From Deltaproteobacteria bacterium (GTDB taxonomy: Bacteria; Desulfobacterota; Desulfobacteria; Desulfobacterales; Desulfobacteraceae): DNA of 64,000 nucleotides. The DNA lies in assembly GCA_027858995.1 (NCBI GenBank), contig JAQIBP010000072.1:6614-70613 (forward strand). Reading direction: 5' to 3'. The position numbers and the translations under genes were made by a program. How positions within the stretch are numbered: the first letter of the stretch is position 1; each line of letters starts with the position of its first letter. Below the pieces are notes generated by a model. That model saw only the letters and a program-made list of their open reading frames with translations. It did not search any database and was not told the origin of the DNA. Below are positions 1 through 9,255 of this stretch, piece by piece.

Positions 1-1106
1 CAATTGTCAGCATTGATTCAAGCATGCCTGCACTGTGGTGAATATAATTGGACCCGCCCATGGCTGCAAGAAGAGCGGTAAAAGCTTTTTCATAGCCAGC
101 CTGGGCATCAGGAATCTTGGAATCAGTGAGACCTGATGAATTATAATTAGGTACATTTATATGATTTGACAGCTGATGAATGGCTGCATTCATCATACCG
201 CACTCCACAGCGCCTCCTGAATACCCCATGGTTTTAAGATTTGCCATGCCTGGGATACCACCGTAAAGCAGAGGAGCTCCAGGATTGGTAAGCTGGCAGA
301 TAGTAATACCGGCAAGCTGTTCTGCATGCAGCTGTGCAAGGGTTCCTGCCATTGTCAAAGGTGAAGTAGAGCCTGCCATGGGTGCTGAAGAGAGAGCCAC
401 AGGAATAAAATTACGGTTTGCCTCCTGCATGATATGGGTAGACTGGGTACACAGCTTTAACGGGCTTATGGCAAAGGAGGTAATCACTGAGATAAAAGGT
501 CTTTTCTGCAGCTTATCAATACTTCCTGCGATCATGGAAGCCATCTCAATGACATTTTGCAGACCCTTTTCATCGTTCACTCCTGCCATGACATGCTTGG
601 AAGAGCCTGAAAGACAAGCATAGAACATATTGATATCATAATCTTTCTCATCAATATCCGTGGGAATACAGGGCCTTACCAGAAAATGAATATTTTCAAG
701 CTGATCCGCAAGTCTTGATACATTATATAGATCCTTCAGAGTTGTTGATCTGACCTCTCCTGTGTCTGGATCAAGAATCTTGATTGCAGCTCCTCCGGTT
801 CCAAGATGGACACGATTTTCAGTCAAATTCAGATCATTTTTTTCATCCTGACCGCAAAGGACAACTTTTTCAGGTGTTTTTGCCACCTGTTCTATGATCA
901 ATTCCTGTGACATTCTGACTCTTTTTTTTTCCCCTGTCAATTTCAGCTCCATTTTCTTCCAGAAGCTTTATTGTATCATCCAGTCCATTCTCATAAGTAA
1001 TTCCTGTCTTTTCAAGAATTTTGAGAGATGTTTTATGTATAATTTGTATTTGTTCCGGTGACAGAGGACAATACTGCCCACCCTGAAGACCCATTAAATT
1101 CATCAT
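1..1106 (-). pseudogene. MttB-family (trimethylamine/quaternary-amine) corrinoid methyltransferase. It runs off the window edge and is interrupted by a frameshift in an A9 (plus-strand T9, 922-930) tract.
   Basis: The N-terminus MMNLMGLQGGQYCPLSPEQIQIIHKTSLKILEKTGI...ENGAEIDRGKK matches the track ORF 870-1106. The +1 frame continues as RVRMSQELIIEQVAKTPEKVV...DAQAGYEKAF...HHSAGMLESMLTI with no stop to position 1. These are typical MttB-superfamily blocks. No in-frame TAG is present in the visible ~368 codons. Confidence 0.8.
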
Positions 1107-1279
1107 AATCTCCTTTACAATGATTTTTATTTATAATTATCGTGTATCAAAATCATATACAGACAATTTACAGTCATCTGATATGATTACATACCATGAT
1201 CATAATCCAATCATGAATAACTGGCACCATTTGGACAGCTTGTCAAGTTAAATATAACAAAACTTCTCATTTTTTTTTA

Positions 1280-1304
1280 AAATTTATTAAAAATTAATAA
1301 ATTT
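1280..1304. promoter_or_regulatory. Perfect 11-bp inverted repeat AAATTTATTAA-aaa-TTAATAAATTT in the divergent mttB-like/rpiR intergenic region; candidate operator.
   Basis: Read directly from the sequence. A second inverted repeat, TGTCAAA-N9-TTTGACA, lies at 1431-1453, about 60 nt upstream of the rpiR start. Confidence 0.3.
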
Positions 1305-1515
1305 GATGTGTTTTGTTACATTATTTTTAAAAGATCAGTCCCAATTAAATATCTCTTTTATTTAAACATGTTATTGTTAATTCACAAATTAGCTATCAAA
1401 TATATTCAGATAATTCTTTGCAAGTGTCAGTGTCAAAATAACAAAATTTGACAATTTCAGGCAGAAATGCAACAAATCAATAACATACAAACTTTTTGAG
1501 ATACGGGAAATTCAG

Positions 1516-2382
1516 ATGGGTAGAAAAACAACTTCTTTGAATAAAATTATCAATAAACGTTATCCCCAATTGACTGTAAAAGGAAAATTGCTGGCAGAAT
1601 TTGTATTATCCAGCCCGAATAAAGCTGTCTTTATGACAACAAGAAAACTTGCTGCTGCCGTTAATGCCAGTGAGGCCACTGTGGTAAGATTTGTCCGGCA
1701 GTTGGATTATGCCAGCTATGCATTATTTATCAAAGCTTTAAGAGAGCACATTGATATTGAACTCACCCTGATTGACAGGAGCCGACTTATCAACCCTGTT
1801 GTACGAAACGAAGATGCTGTGCTTGAAATGATAACCAACCAGGATATTGAAAATATCAGGGCCATGGGTAAAAAGATTAATTTATCAGAAGTAAAAAAAA
1901 TAAAAAAAATCCTGAAAAAATCAGAGGCAGTATATGTTATCGGATCAAGACTTTCCTACGCTCCTGCATTTTACCTGGGGTGGGCCATGGCAAAAATCAG
2001 GAAAAATGTAAATATTTTTAAAGGAAGTGACAGAACAACCATTGACCGTTTGATTTTTGCTTCCCAAAATTCTGTTGTAGTCATTATCGCAACGTCAAGA
2101 TATCCCAATGAATTAATTAAAATGGGAAAGCTTGCAAAGCGACACAAACTGAAACTGATATTGCTGACAGACAGTTCATCCTGCCCTCTGGTACAGTTCA
2201 GTAACCATGTTCTTATTGCACCGCTGAAAACAATTCCTTTTCTGGGTAACCCTGCTTCTCTGATCAGCCTGATCAATTATCTGGTACACTCTCTGGCAGC
2301 AGATATGGGCAAGGATATGAAACAACACCAGAAAAAACTTGAACAAGTCTACCTGGAAAATGACATTTTATTTAATTATTAA
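1516..2382 (+). CDS. MurR/RpiR-family transcriptional regulator (N-terminal HTH plus SIS domain)
   Basis: KLLAEFVLSSPNKAVFMTTRKLAAAVNASEATVVRFVRQLDY is an RpiR-type HTH. The C-terminal part is an SIS-like sugar-phosphate binding fold. Confidence 0.85.
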   Translation: MGRKTTSLNKIINKRYPQLTVKGKLLAEFVLSSPNKAVFMTTRKLAAAVNASEATVVRFVRQLDYASYALFIKALREHIDIELTLIDRSRLINPVVRNEDAVLEMITNQDIENIRAMGKKINLSEVKKIKKILKKSEAVYVIGSRLSYAPAFYLGWAMAKIRKNVNIFKGSDRTTIDRLIFASQNSVVVIIATSRYPNELIKMGKLAKRHKLKLILLTDSSSCPLVQFSNHVLIAPLKTIPFLGNPASLISLINYLVHSLAADMGKDMKQHQKKLEQVYLENDILFNY

Positions 2383-3166
2383 AAAAATCAGCTAACAGAC
2401 TGCCGGGGATATGACAGACCGGTATTGGTTCCATTTTATGTTTGTTGGCGATATGGAATTTTTTATAAATGGATAGAACCTTTTTCTGTCTTTTATTCAA
2501 TGTCTCTTTTTGGGAAGAATCAAGATATGCCATTGCCCACTCAAGTTCTTTATAAGTAGCACCTATCTGGCTTTCATCACTTCTGTTATCGTACCATAGC
2601 CCATCTGTGGGTGCAGCAGTCAAGATATCTTCAATAATTCCTAAACTTTTACCAAGGCTGTAAACTTGAGTTTTTGTAAGATCGGCAATGGGTGATATAT
2701 CCACACCGCCATCTCCATATTTAGTATAAAATCCCACTCCAAAATCTTCAACTCTGTTGCCTGTTCCTGTAACAAGCATTTTATGGCTTGATGCAAAGGC
2801 ATACAAAGTAAGCATGCGAAGTCTGGATCTTGTATTGGCCATGGTCATACTATCCTGAATAGAGCCGGGAAAGCTTCTTTTTATCTCTTCAAAAACAGGG
2901 GACAGCTCCATGTCAATGCCCTGGACATTGTCAAATTTTTTTTCAAGCCATGCAATATGGTCGCAAGATCTTACGATCTGATCTTTTGCCTGATAAATCG
3001 GCATATTCAGCACCAGAACAGGTTTGCCAGTTTTTGCACAAAGAGATGATGTAACAGCTGAATCAATTCCGCCTGAAACACCGATGACAAACCCTTTTAA
3101 ACCGGATCTGCCAAGATAGGTATCAAGCCATTTTACAATATGATCAATTATCTGTTTTGATTTCAT
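2372..3166 (-). CDS. nadE: Ammonia-dependent NAD+ synthetase
   Basis: The PP-loop GFVIGVSGGIDSAVTSSL is present. Length and overall layout are typical of NadE. Confidence 0.9.
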   Translation of the reverse strand: MKSKQIIDHIVKWLDTYLGRSGLKGFVIGVSGGIDSAVTSSLCAKTGKPVLVLNMPIYQAKDQIVRSCDHIAWLEKKFDNVQGIDMELSPVFEEIKRSFPGSIQDSMTMANTRSRLRMLTLYAFASSHKMLVTGTGNRVEDFGVGFYTKYGDGGVDISPIADLTKTQVYSLGKSLGIIEDILTAAPTDGLWYDNRSDESQIGATYKELEWAMAYLDSSQKETLNKRQKKVLSIYKKFHIANKHKMEPIPVCHIPGSLLADFFNN

Positions 3167-3200
3167 ACATGCTTTTTATCAATTATATTTTGAAAGGCTG

Positions 3201-4742
3201 CTAAGACTTTGCTTCAGGAAAATAAATATTGAATATGGCTCCCTTGCCAGGCTCGCTTAAGACCCGTATCTCTCCATTCATTTTTTTAACAATACCATGT
3301 ACTGTAGCAAGTCCCATTCCTGTACCTCTGCCCTTCTCCTTGGTAGTGAAAAATGGATCAAAAATTTGTTTTATCAACTCCTCATCCATCCCCTTGCCTC
3401 CATCTGCTATTGAAAGGCATATATAAGTACCAGGTTTCATATCAGGACTTATCAGATCATTTTCACCAAATTTTATCTCTTTCAAACTCACTTTAATTAT
3501 ACCGCCATTCTCTTCCATGGCATGGGAAGCATTGGTTGCAAGGTTCATGACTATTTGATGAATTTGTGTGGAGTCAGCCTTAACAGCTTTGCAATTATCG
3601 TCAATATGCTCCTCAATCGCCACTGTATCCGGCATAGCTGCTTTTACAAAGCTTATGGTTTCTTTTACTATTGGCTGCAATTTCATTGTTTTAAGCTCAA
3701 CGCTCCCATGGCGGGAAAATGTAAGGATCTGTCTTACAAGATCTTTGGCTCTTTGAGCACCTTTATAAATTTTTTGCAGTCTATTGTGTGTGGGGTTGTC
3801 CTCTGGTGTCTCCATCAACAGTATTTCAGTATGGCCCAGGATAGGAAAAAGGATATTATTAAAATCATGGGCTATGCCACCTGCGAGGGTACCAATGGCT
3901 TCCATTTTTTGGGCATGCTGGAGCTGATTTTCAAGCATTTTTCGATTGGAAATATCTTTTAAATTAACAACAAGCCCGTTATGCATCCCTTTATAATCTT
4001 TTATAATTGCTGCACTAAGGAAAATATCGATGATCCTCCCCTGCTTGGTGAACCTTTTTGTCTCAAATCTAACAGAGTCCCCTGTTCTGTAGATTTCTTC
4101 TATCTTTGTTCGGGCTAACTTTTCCTGATCTTTGGGAACAAATGGAATATGTTTCCCCTGCAATTCTTCTATAGTCCAGCCAAAAACATCTATAAAAGCA
4201 GTATTTAAATAGAGTGGATGCCCGTCAGCATTATATACAGCAACAGGATCAGGATTTGCTCCGAAAATTGCTTTCAGCCTCTCTTCACTTTCTCTTAAAG
4301 CATCTTCGGCTTTCCTGCGTTGTGTGATGTCTGTAAGCACAGAGATTGTTTGATCCTTTGAAAAAGTAGATCTGAATTCTATCTGTTTTGACTCACCATT
4401 TTTACACCTTATTTTAAATTCCCGGATCTCTCCCACACCAATTTTATCACTATCTTTGTTCCAGGCTTGATTTATTTGCTTTCTATAATCTTCATCTGGA
4501 TAGACTTTTTCAAACCATTTCTTTTTGTTGGGGATATCATCTAAAGTATAGCCGGTAAGCTTTGTAAAATGAGAATTTATACGAAGATAATTACCTTTCT
4601 TATCAAGGGTAGCAATTCCATGTGGAGTATTGTCAATAATCTGGGATAAAGCATCTCTCTCTTTTTTTAGTTTCTCTGCTCCACGTTCCAACTCTTCATA
4701 GCTTGGTTTTCTATGCATTGGAATAATTATCTCCGAATTCAA
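3201..4742 (-). CDS. PAS-domain sensor histidine kinase (two PAS domains, HisKA, HATPase_c)
   Basis: Contains the H-box GGIAHDFNNIL, the N-box MNLATNASHAM and G-boxes DGGKGM / GTGMGLA. PAS-like segments lie upstream. Confidence 0.85.
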   Translation of the reverse strand: MNSEIIIPMHRKPSYEELERGAEKLKKERDALSQIIDNTPHGIATLDKKGNYLRINSHFTKLTGYTLDDIPNKKKWFEKVYPDEDYRKQINQAWNKDSDKIGVGEIREFKIRCKNGESKQIEFRSTFSKDQTISVLTDITQRRKAEDALRESEERLKAIFGANPDPVAVYNADGHPLYLNTAFIDVFGWTIEELQGKHIPFVPKDQEKLARTKIEEIYRTGDSVRFETKRFTKQGRIIDIFLSAAIIKDYKGMHNGLVVNLKDISNRKMLENQLQHAQKMEAIGTLAGGIAHDFNNILFPILGHTEILLMETPEDNPTHNRLQKIYKGAQRAKDLVRQILTFSRHGSVELKTMKLQPIVKETISFVKAAMPDTVAIEEHIDDNCKAVKADSTQIHQIVMNLATNASHAMEENGGIIKVSLKEIKFGENDLISPDMKPGTYICLSIADGGKGMDEELIKQIFDPFFTTKEKGRGTGMGLATVHGIVKKMNGEIRVLSEPGKGAIFNIYFPEAKS

Positions 4743-4865
4743 AAGATGGTAGTACCCCTAAGTATTTTTGTTTAATCTTTATATGGGATATTTATCTTTG
4801 TCAACAGGCAGTTACACAATTACTGATTTCTCCAACTTTAACGCTGGTAACAAAAAAGATATTAT

Positions 4866-5777
4866 TTAAATTTCTTTTTTGTTTTGAAACATGATTTCAA
4901 GAATCTCTTCAATAGTTTTATCTGCTGTTTCAGCATCAAGTGTGCATCCTCCGGCACCGGCATGGCCGCCACCGCCATATCTGGCAAGAAGATTGCCTAT
5001 ATTAACATTACACTGTTTCTTAAAAATAGAGTGACCAATACTCAGTTGCACATTTTGCCGGCCTGATTGATGCTTTGAGCTGCCAAATCGTAATTTTACA
5101 CTGGCAATGGTCTCCGGGAAAAGAGAATAAATCAAGAATCGATTCCCTTCAGGTACTATATCAAGTGGTCTAAAATCTGTAATGGATATTTTATTAATAA
5201 TTTTTGTATGTGTAGACAGATGTCTTTCAAAAGCTGTATTTTCTTTAATCACATTATAACAGCGCTTTTTCACCTCCGGGTCTGCAATAATATGATCAAT
5301 ATCTGTCTTCATCAAAAGATCAATAAGCTTGTTCCAATAAGGAATATCTTTATACTCCTGGTTCCTGATAGTCATGGAGAGTAAAATATATGGATAATTT
5401 TCAGGATATCGAACCTGATCAATGTTTAGATCAGCTGCATCAATAATATCTGTATTTAAAACCAGTTCATCAAAATTACTGTTTATTTTTTTTCTCTCTT
5501 TATAATATTTGTAAATAACCCCGGCTGCAGAAGGAGCAATCTCAAAAGCGCCTTGAAAATCCTGTATTGGCTTATTAGAGATATGGTGATCAAACCATAA
5601 CCCGCAATCAGGCGACCAGGGAAGATTTGCCATGATATCATCTTTGAAAATATTGACCTGCCCTTTCTGGATTTCATTGGGTTCAGTCCATAAAATATCT
5701 CTGTCAATATTTTCAGCCTCCCGCAACAGCACTGCACAGACAATCCCGTCAAAATCCGGTCTTGTAACTATTCTCAT
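4866..5777 (-). CDS. DHH/DHHA1-family phosphoesterase
   Basis: MRIVTRPDFDGIVCAVLL...WFDHH gives the DHH motif and GGGGHAGAGG gives the DHHA1 motif. The start was moved to the ATG at 5777, which is preceded by GGTG. The track ORF extends to 5804. Confidence 0.7.
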   Translation of the reverse strand: MRIVTRPDFDGIVCAVLLREAENIDRDILWTEPNEIQKGQVNIFKDDIMANLPWSPDCGLWFDHHISNKPIQDFQGAFEIAPSAAGVIYKYYKERKKINSNFDELVLNTDIIDAADLNIDQVRYPENYPYILLSMTIRNQEYKDIPYWNKLIDLLMKTDIDHIIADPEVKKRCYNVIKENTAFERHLSTHTKIINKISITDFRPLDIVPEGNRFLIYSLFPETIASVKLRFGSSKHQSGRQNVQLSIGHSIFKKQCNVNIGNLLARYGGGGHAGAGGCTLDAETADKTIEEILEIMFQNKKEI

Positions 5778-5900
5778 GATTTTGCACCTTTCAATTAAAT
5801 ACAACCTTATTATTCATAGTGTCTACTGATTACAGATAAACTTTACTGGTGAAAGTTTCAAGTTTTTTTAACCCAAAGCCTTTTTCCCATGAAAATTCTA

Positions 5901-5980
5901 TTATGTACTCTTTTGATATCTTTTTATAATTTTGACCTTAATATACTGTTTACAGTGATAATTATCATTGAATTTTAAGC
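5901..5980. repeat. Copy 1 of an ~80-bp direct repeat, upstream of the HDAC-like gene. It contains the perfect palindrome TGATAATTATCA (5956-5967).
   Basis: Aligns by eye with 6743-6820 at roughly 80 percent identity. Confidence 0.7.
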
Positions 5981-6070
5981 TGTCACAATAAAATATTAGG
6001 ATTGATTCAATTTTCTTTAATAATATGGTAATATTTTTTAAATTATCAAAACCTTTCCACGGGAGTGAAG

Positions 6071-6716
6071 ATGAGCATAAAAATAATATTTCATGAGCAT
6101 TATTATAATTGCCAATATGCTGTAGATCCTGCGGCTTCCGAGGGACGTCTGGATGGAATCTTAAATATTATAAACAGCAAACCTCAATTGTATGAGATCA
6201 TTGAACCAATCCCAGCTACAGAAGCAGATATCCTCAGAGCGCATGGCAGGAACCATTATGAAAAAATAAAAAGACAGCCCCTGCTGTATGAATTAGGGGT
6301 ATTAGCAGCTGGTGGAGCTCTATTCAGAAAAAAAAATTAAAAAAGCTTTTATTCTGGATTTTGATCTTCATACCGGAGACGGAAATATCAATATTCTGGA
6401 AAATCGAAATGATGGATTAAGGGTTTCAATACTCAATCCTGAGTCAACAGAAAGAGGAAACTATATTCAGAAAGTTGAAGAATATATGAAAAAAATTACT
6501 GACGTCGACATTTTCGCAGCATCAGCAGGCTTTGATCAGGGCGTTGAAGATTGGGGGAACCTTCTTTTTCCAGAAGATTATGCAGAACTTGGACGGCTGA
6601 TGAAAGAATACTCGAAGAAGATATGCAATGGAAGAAGATATGCTATTCTTGAAGGGGGATACAACCACCAGGTGATTGGTACAAATGTAGATTCCTTTTG
6701 CTGTGGATTCGCATAA
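6071..6716 (+). pseudogene. Minimal histone-deacetylase/AcuC-family-like protein, split by a frameshift in an A9 tract (6328-6336)
   Basis: Track ORFs 6065-6340 (...ILRAHGRNHY...LAAGGALF) and 6312-6716 (FILDFDLHTGDGN...SAGFDQG...LEGGYN) fuse if A9 is read as A8. The HDAC metal-ligand and EGGY motifs are present. The RPPGHH catalytic block is absent. Confidence 0.6.
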
Positions 6717-6742
6717 TGTTGTTTTTCTACCAAAATTTTTGA

Positions 6743-6820
6743 TGATGTATTCTTTTGACATCTTTTATAATTTCAGCCTTTTAATACTACGTACAGGGAT
6801 AATAATCATTGATTTTAATT
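6743..6820. repeat. Copy 2 of the ~80-bp direct repeat, upstream of the thioesterase-GNAT pair. It contains GATAATAATCATT (6798-6810).
   Basis: Aligns with 5901-5980. Confidence 0.7.
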
Positions 6821-6895
6821 TTAATGGTATTATAGATATATGATCAATAATTTTTTATAATAGAATAAAAAAAGATTAATGGATGCTATTAAAAA

Positions 6896-7342
6896 ATGAA
6901 AAAAGAGATAAAAAATCCTTTTCCCGATGGCAATTGCTTCTTTTGTGGAAGCAATAACAAATTTGGTTTGAAACTTAAATTTTATTGGGATGAAGAAAAA
7001 AAAGAAGCCTCTACTGAATATCTGGCTGCTAAGCACTTCACCGGTCAGGGGAATATACTTCATGGAGCAATTCAAATGGGTCTTCTTGATGAAATCATGG
7101 GATGGACCAGTTATGTATTTACTGAAAAAATGGCTGTTACATCTGGTATTAATGTCAAATTTTTGAAGCCGGCTTATATTGATGGGGAAAAAATAAGCAT
7201 TACATGCAAAGTGACTTCAAAAGAAGGTTTGAAAATAAAAATGCATGCAAAACTTTTCAACATTAAAGGTGCTGCCTGTACAGAAGCTGAAGGAAGTTAC
7301 CATATTCTGTCATCAGAAAAATACAGGGATATTATTCAATGA
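6896..7342 (+). CDS. PaaI-family hotdog-fold thioesterase
   Basis: CFFCGSNNKFGLKLKF followed by HGAIQMGLLDEIMG is a typical hotdog thioesterase N-terminus. Confidence 0.7.
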   Translation: MKKEIKNPFPDGNCFFCGSNNKFGLKLKFYWDEEKKEASTEYLAAKHFTGQGNILHGAIQMGLLDEIMGWTSYVFTEKMAVTSGINVKFLKPAYIDGEKISITCKVTSKEGLKIKMHAKLFNIKGAACTEAEGSYHILSSEKYRDIIQ

Positions 7343-7800
7343 TAAAGATAGTGCCTTTTGAAAATATACATGCCGCAGCATTCAAACAATTGAATCTGGA
7401 ATGGCTTGAAACTTACGATCTTTTTGAGCCTGCTGATTTAAAATACCTTGATGACCCCCGGTCGAATATACTTGAGCAGGGCGGCAGAATTTTAATGGCC
7501 ATAAACAATAATTTTGTTATCGGCACTTGTGCAATTATAATGGAAACAAGTGATACTGCGGAACTTGCAAAACTGGCTGTTTCTCCTGATGCCCAGGGAG
7601 AAGGAGTCGGCCGTATGCTGGCCATGGAATCTATAAAAAAGGCACATAAAATGGGATTAAAAAAAATATTCCTTGTTTCAAACAGGAAATTGAACAGAGC
7701 TATTCGGTTGTATGAGTCCTTTGGGTTCAAACATATGCCAATCCCTAAAGACACAATATATAACACAGCTGATGTTTATATGGAAATGATAATAAATTAA
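7339..7800 (+). CDS. GNAT-family N-acetyltransferase
   Basis: The acetyl-CoA binding segment is LAVSPDAQGEGVGRMLA. The start overlaps the upstream stop by 4 nt (ATGA). Confidence 0.8.
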   Translation: MIKIVPFENIHAAAFKQLNLEWLETYDLFEPADLKYLDDPRSNILEQGGRILMAINNNFVIGTCAIIMETSDTAELAKLAVSPDAQGEGVGRMLAMESIKKAHKMGLKKIFLVSNRKLNRAIRLYESFGFKHMPIPKDTIYNTADVYMEMIIN

Positions 7801-7910
7801 AAATCAATATTTTAAAGTGTTAAGTAATCGGCTCTATAAAACAGACTTACAATTTTCTTTACTTTGCGAACAGCCCTACCAAGCAAACCATAACATCCAG
7901 AGTAGGTTAA

Positions 7911-7924
7911 ATTTACCGGTAAAT
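7911..7924. promoter_or_regulatory. Perfect 14-bp palindrome ATTTACCGGTAAAT, about 190 nt upstream of carA
   Basis: Read directly from the sequence. Confidence 0.25.
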
Positions 7925-8112
7925 ATTTTGATAACATCAAAACTAACTTGCAAAAATAACCTTGATTGTGTTAATAAAATGCCTTGATTTGCAAAGCTTT
8001 TATTTAAAAATTTTTGCAGGTTATATTCAAAATGATCAGGTGTTATACTCGGGTTGTTTTTAAAAATTTAGTTTATATAAATTATGATAATGGTTAACAG
8101 GTGTAATTTTTT

Positions 8113-9255
8113 ATGAAAGCATTATTAGCCCTTGAAGACGGCAGGATTTTCCCCTGCAGGAGTTTTACCGGACCAGGTGAAGCAAAAGGGGAAATCGTTT
8201 TTAATACCAGTATGACCGGTTACCAGGAAATCCTGACTGACCCCTCCTACTATGGTCAAATGGTCACCATGACATATCCTTTAATAGGAAACTATGGAGT
8301 ATGCCCTGAAGATATTGAATCTGACAGAATTCAGGCGGCAGCATTTATTGTTAAAGAATACCAGAATTTTCCAAGTAATTTCAGATCAAAGGGGAACCTT
8401 GCTGACTACCTTATGAAAAGTCACGTTCTGGGTATCGAAGATATTGATACAAGAGCATTAACCCGCCATATAAGAAAATCCGGTGCCATGGGTGCTGTTA
8501 TTTCCACGTCTGATCTTGATCCTGAATCTCTGATTAAAAAGGCAAAAGAGTTGCCTTCCATGCAGGGAAGCGATCTTGTGGGCAAGGTTACAACAAAAAA
8601 ACCTTATTTCTGGAGATATAACCAGCCTGATTATATTGATACCGATAAATTGAATGATCCGCTGATCTGGCATTATAAGGGCAGAAAGCACTCTGTTGTT
8701 GCCCTTGATTTTGGTATAAAATACAATATTATCCGATGCCTTGAAAAGGCTGGCTGTGAAGTCCTGGTGGTTCCTGCCACAACAAAAGCTTCCACCATTA
8801 AAAATTTACAACCTGAAGGCATTTGCCTCTCCAATGGCCCTGGAGACCCTGAACCTGTTACCTATGCAGTTCATACCATAAAAGAGCTGCTTGGATTTGT
8901 TCCCATATTCGGGATCTGCCTTGGCATGCAGCTTCTCGGCCTTGCCATGGGCGGGAAAACAATGAAAATAAAATTCGGCCACAGGGGCGCAAACCAGCCT
9001 GTTAAAAATCTTTCAACCTCCAGGGTTGAAATCACTTCCCAGAACCATGGGTTTGCTGTGGATTTAAATACAATTGGCAAGGATGACTCTGCCATGACAC
9101 ATATTAATTTAAATGAAGACTCCCTTGAGGGCCTGAAAAATGATAATATAAAGGCATTTGCCGTGCAATATCATCCCGAAGCATCACCTGGCCCGCATGA
9201 TTCAGCCTATCTTTTTAACCAGTTTGCAAAAGTGATTGAAAATGCCAAAGCGTAA
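8113..9255 (+). CDS. carA: Carbamoyl-phosphate synthase small (glutaminase) subunit
   Basis: Contains the typical N-terminus [12 protein letters not shown], the amidotransferase triad region GICLGMQLL, and HGFAV...[10 protein letters not shown]. Confidence 0.95.
   Translation: MKALLALEDGRIFPCRSFTGPGEAKGEIVFNTSMTGYQEILTDPSYYGQMVTMTYPLIGNYGVCPEDIESDRIQAAAFIVKEYQNFPSNFRSKGNLADYLMKSHVLGIEDIDTRALTRHIRKSGAMGAVISTSDLDPESLIKKAKELPSMQGSDLVGKVTTKKPYFWRYNQPDYIDTDKLNDPLIWHYKGRKHSVVALDFGIKYNIIRCLEKAGCEVLVVPATTKASTIKNLQPEGICLSNGPGDPEPVTYAVHTIKELLGFVPIFGICLGMQLLGLAMGGKTMKIKFGHRGANQPVKNLSTSRVEITSQNHGFAVDLNTIGKDDSAMTHINLNEDSLEGLKNDNIKAFAVQYHPEASPGPHDSAYLFNQFAKVIENAKA

Noticed and set aside
285-623. Plus-strand ORF of 112 aa from the track
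   Set aside because: It lies antisense inside the clearly MttB-like minus-strand reading frame. It has Cys/Ala-rich shadow composition and no motif.
6830-7075. Minus-strand ORF of 81 aa rich in Phe, Ile and Lys
   Set aside because: It is low-complexity translation of an A/T-rich promoter plus the antisense of the thioesterase 5' end.
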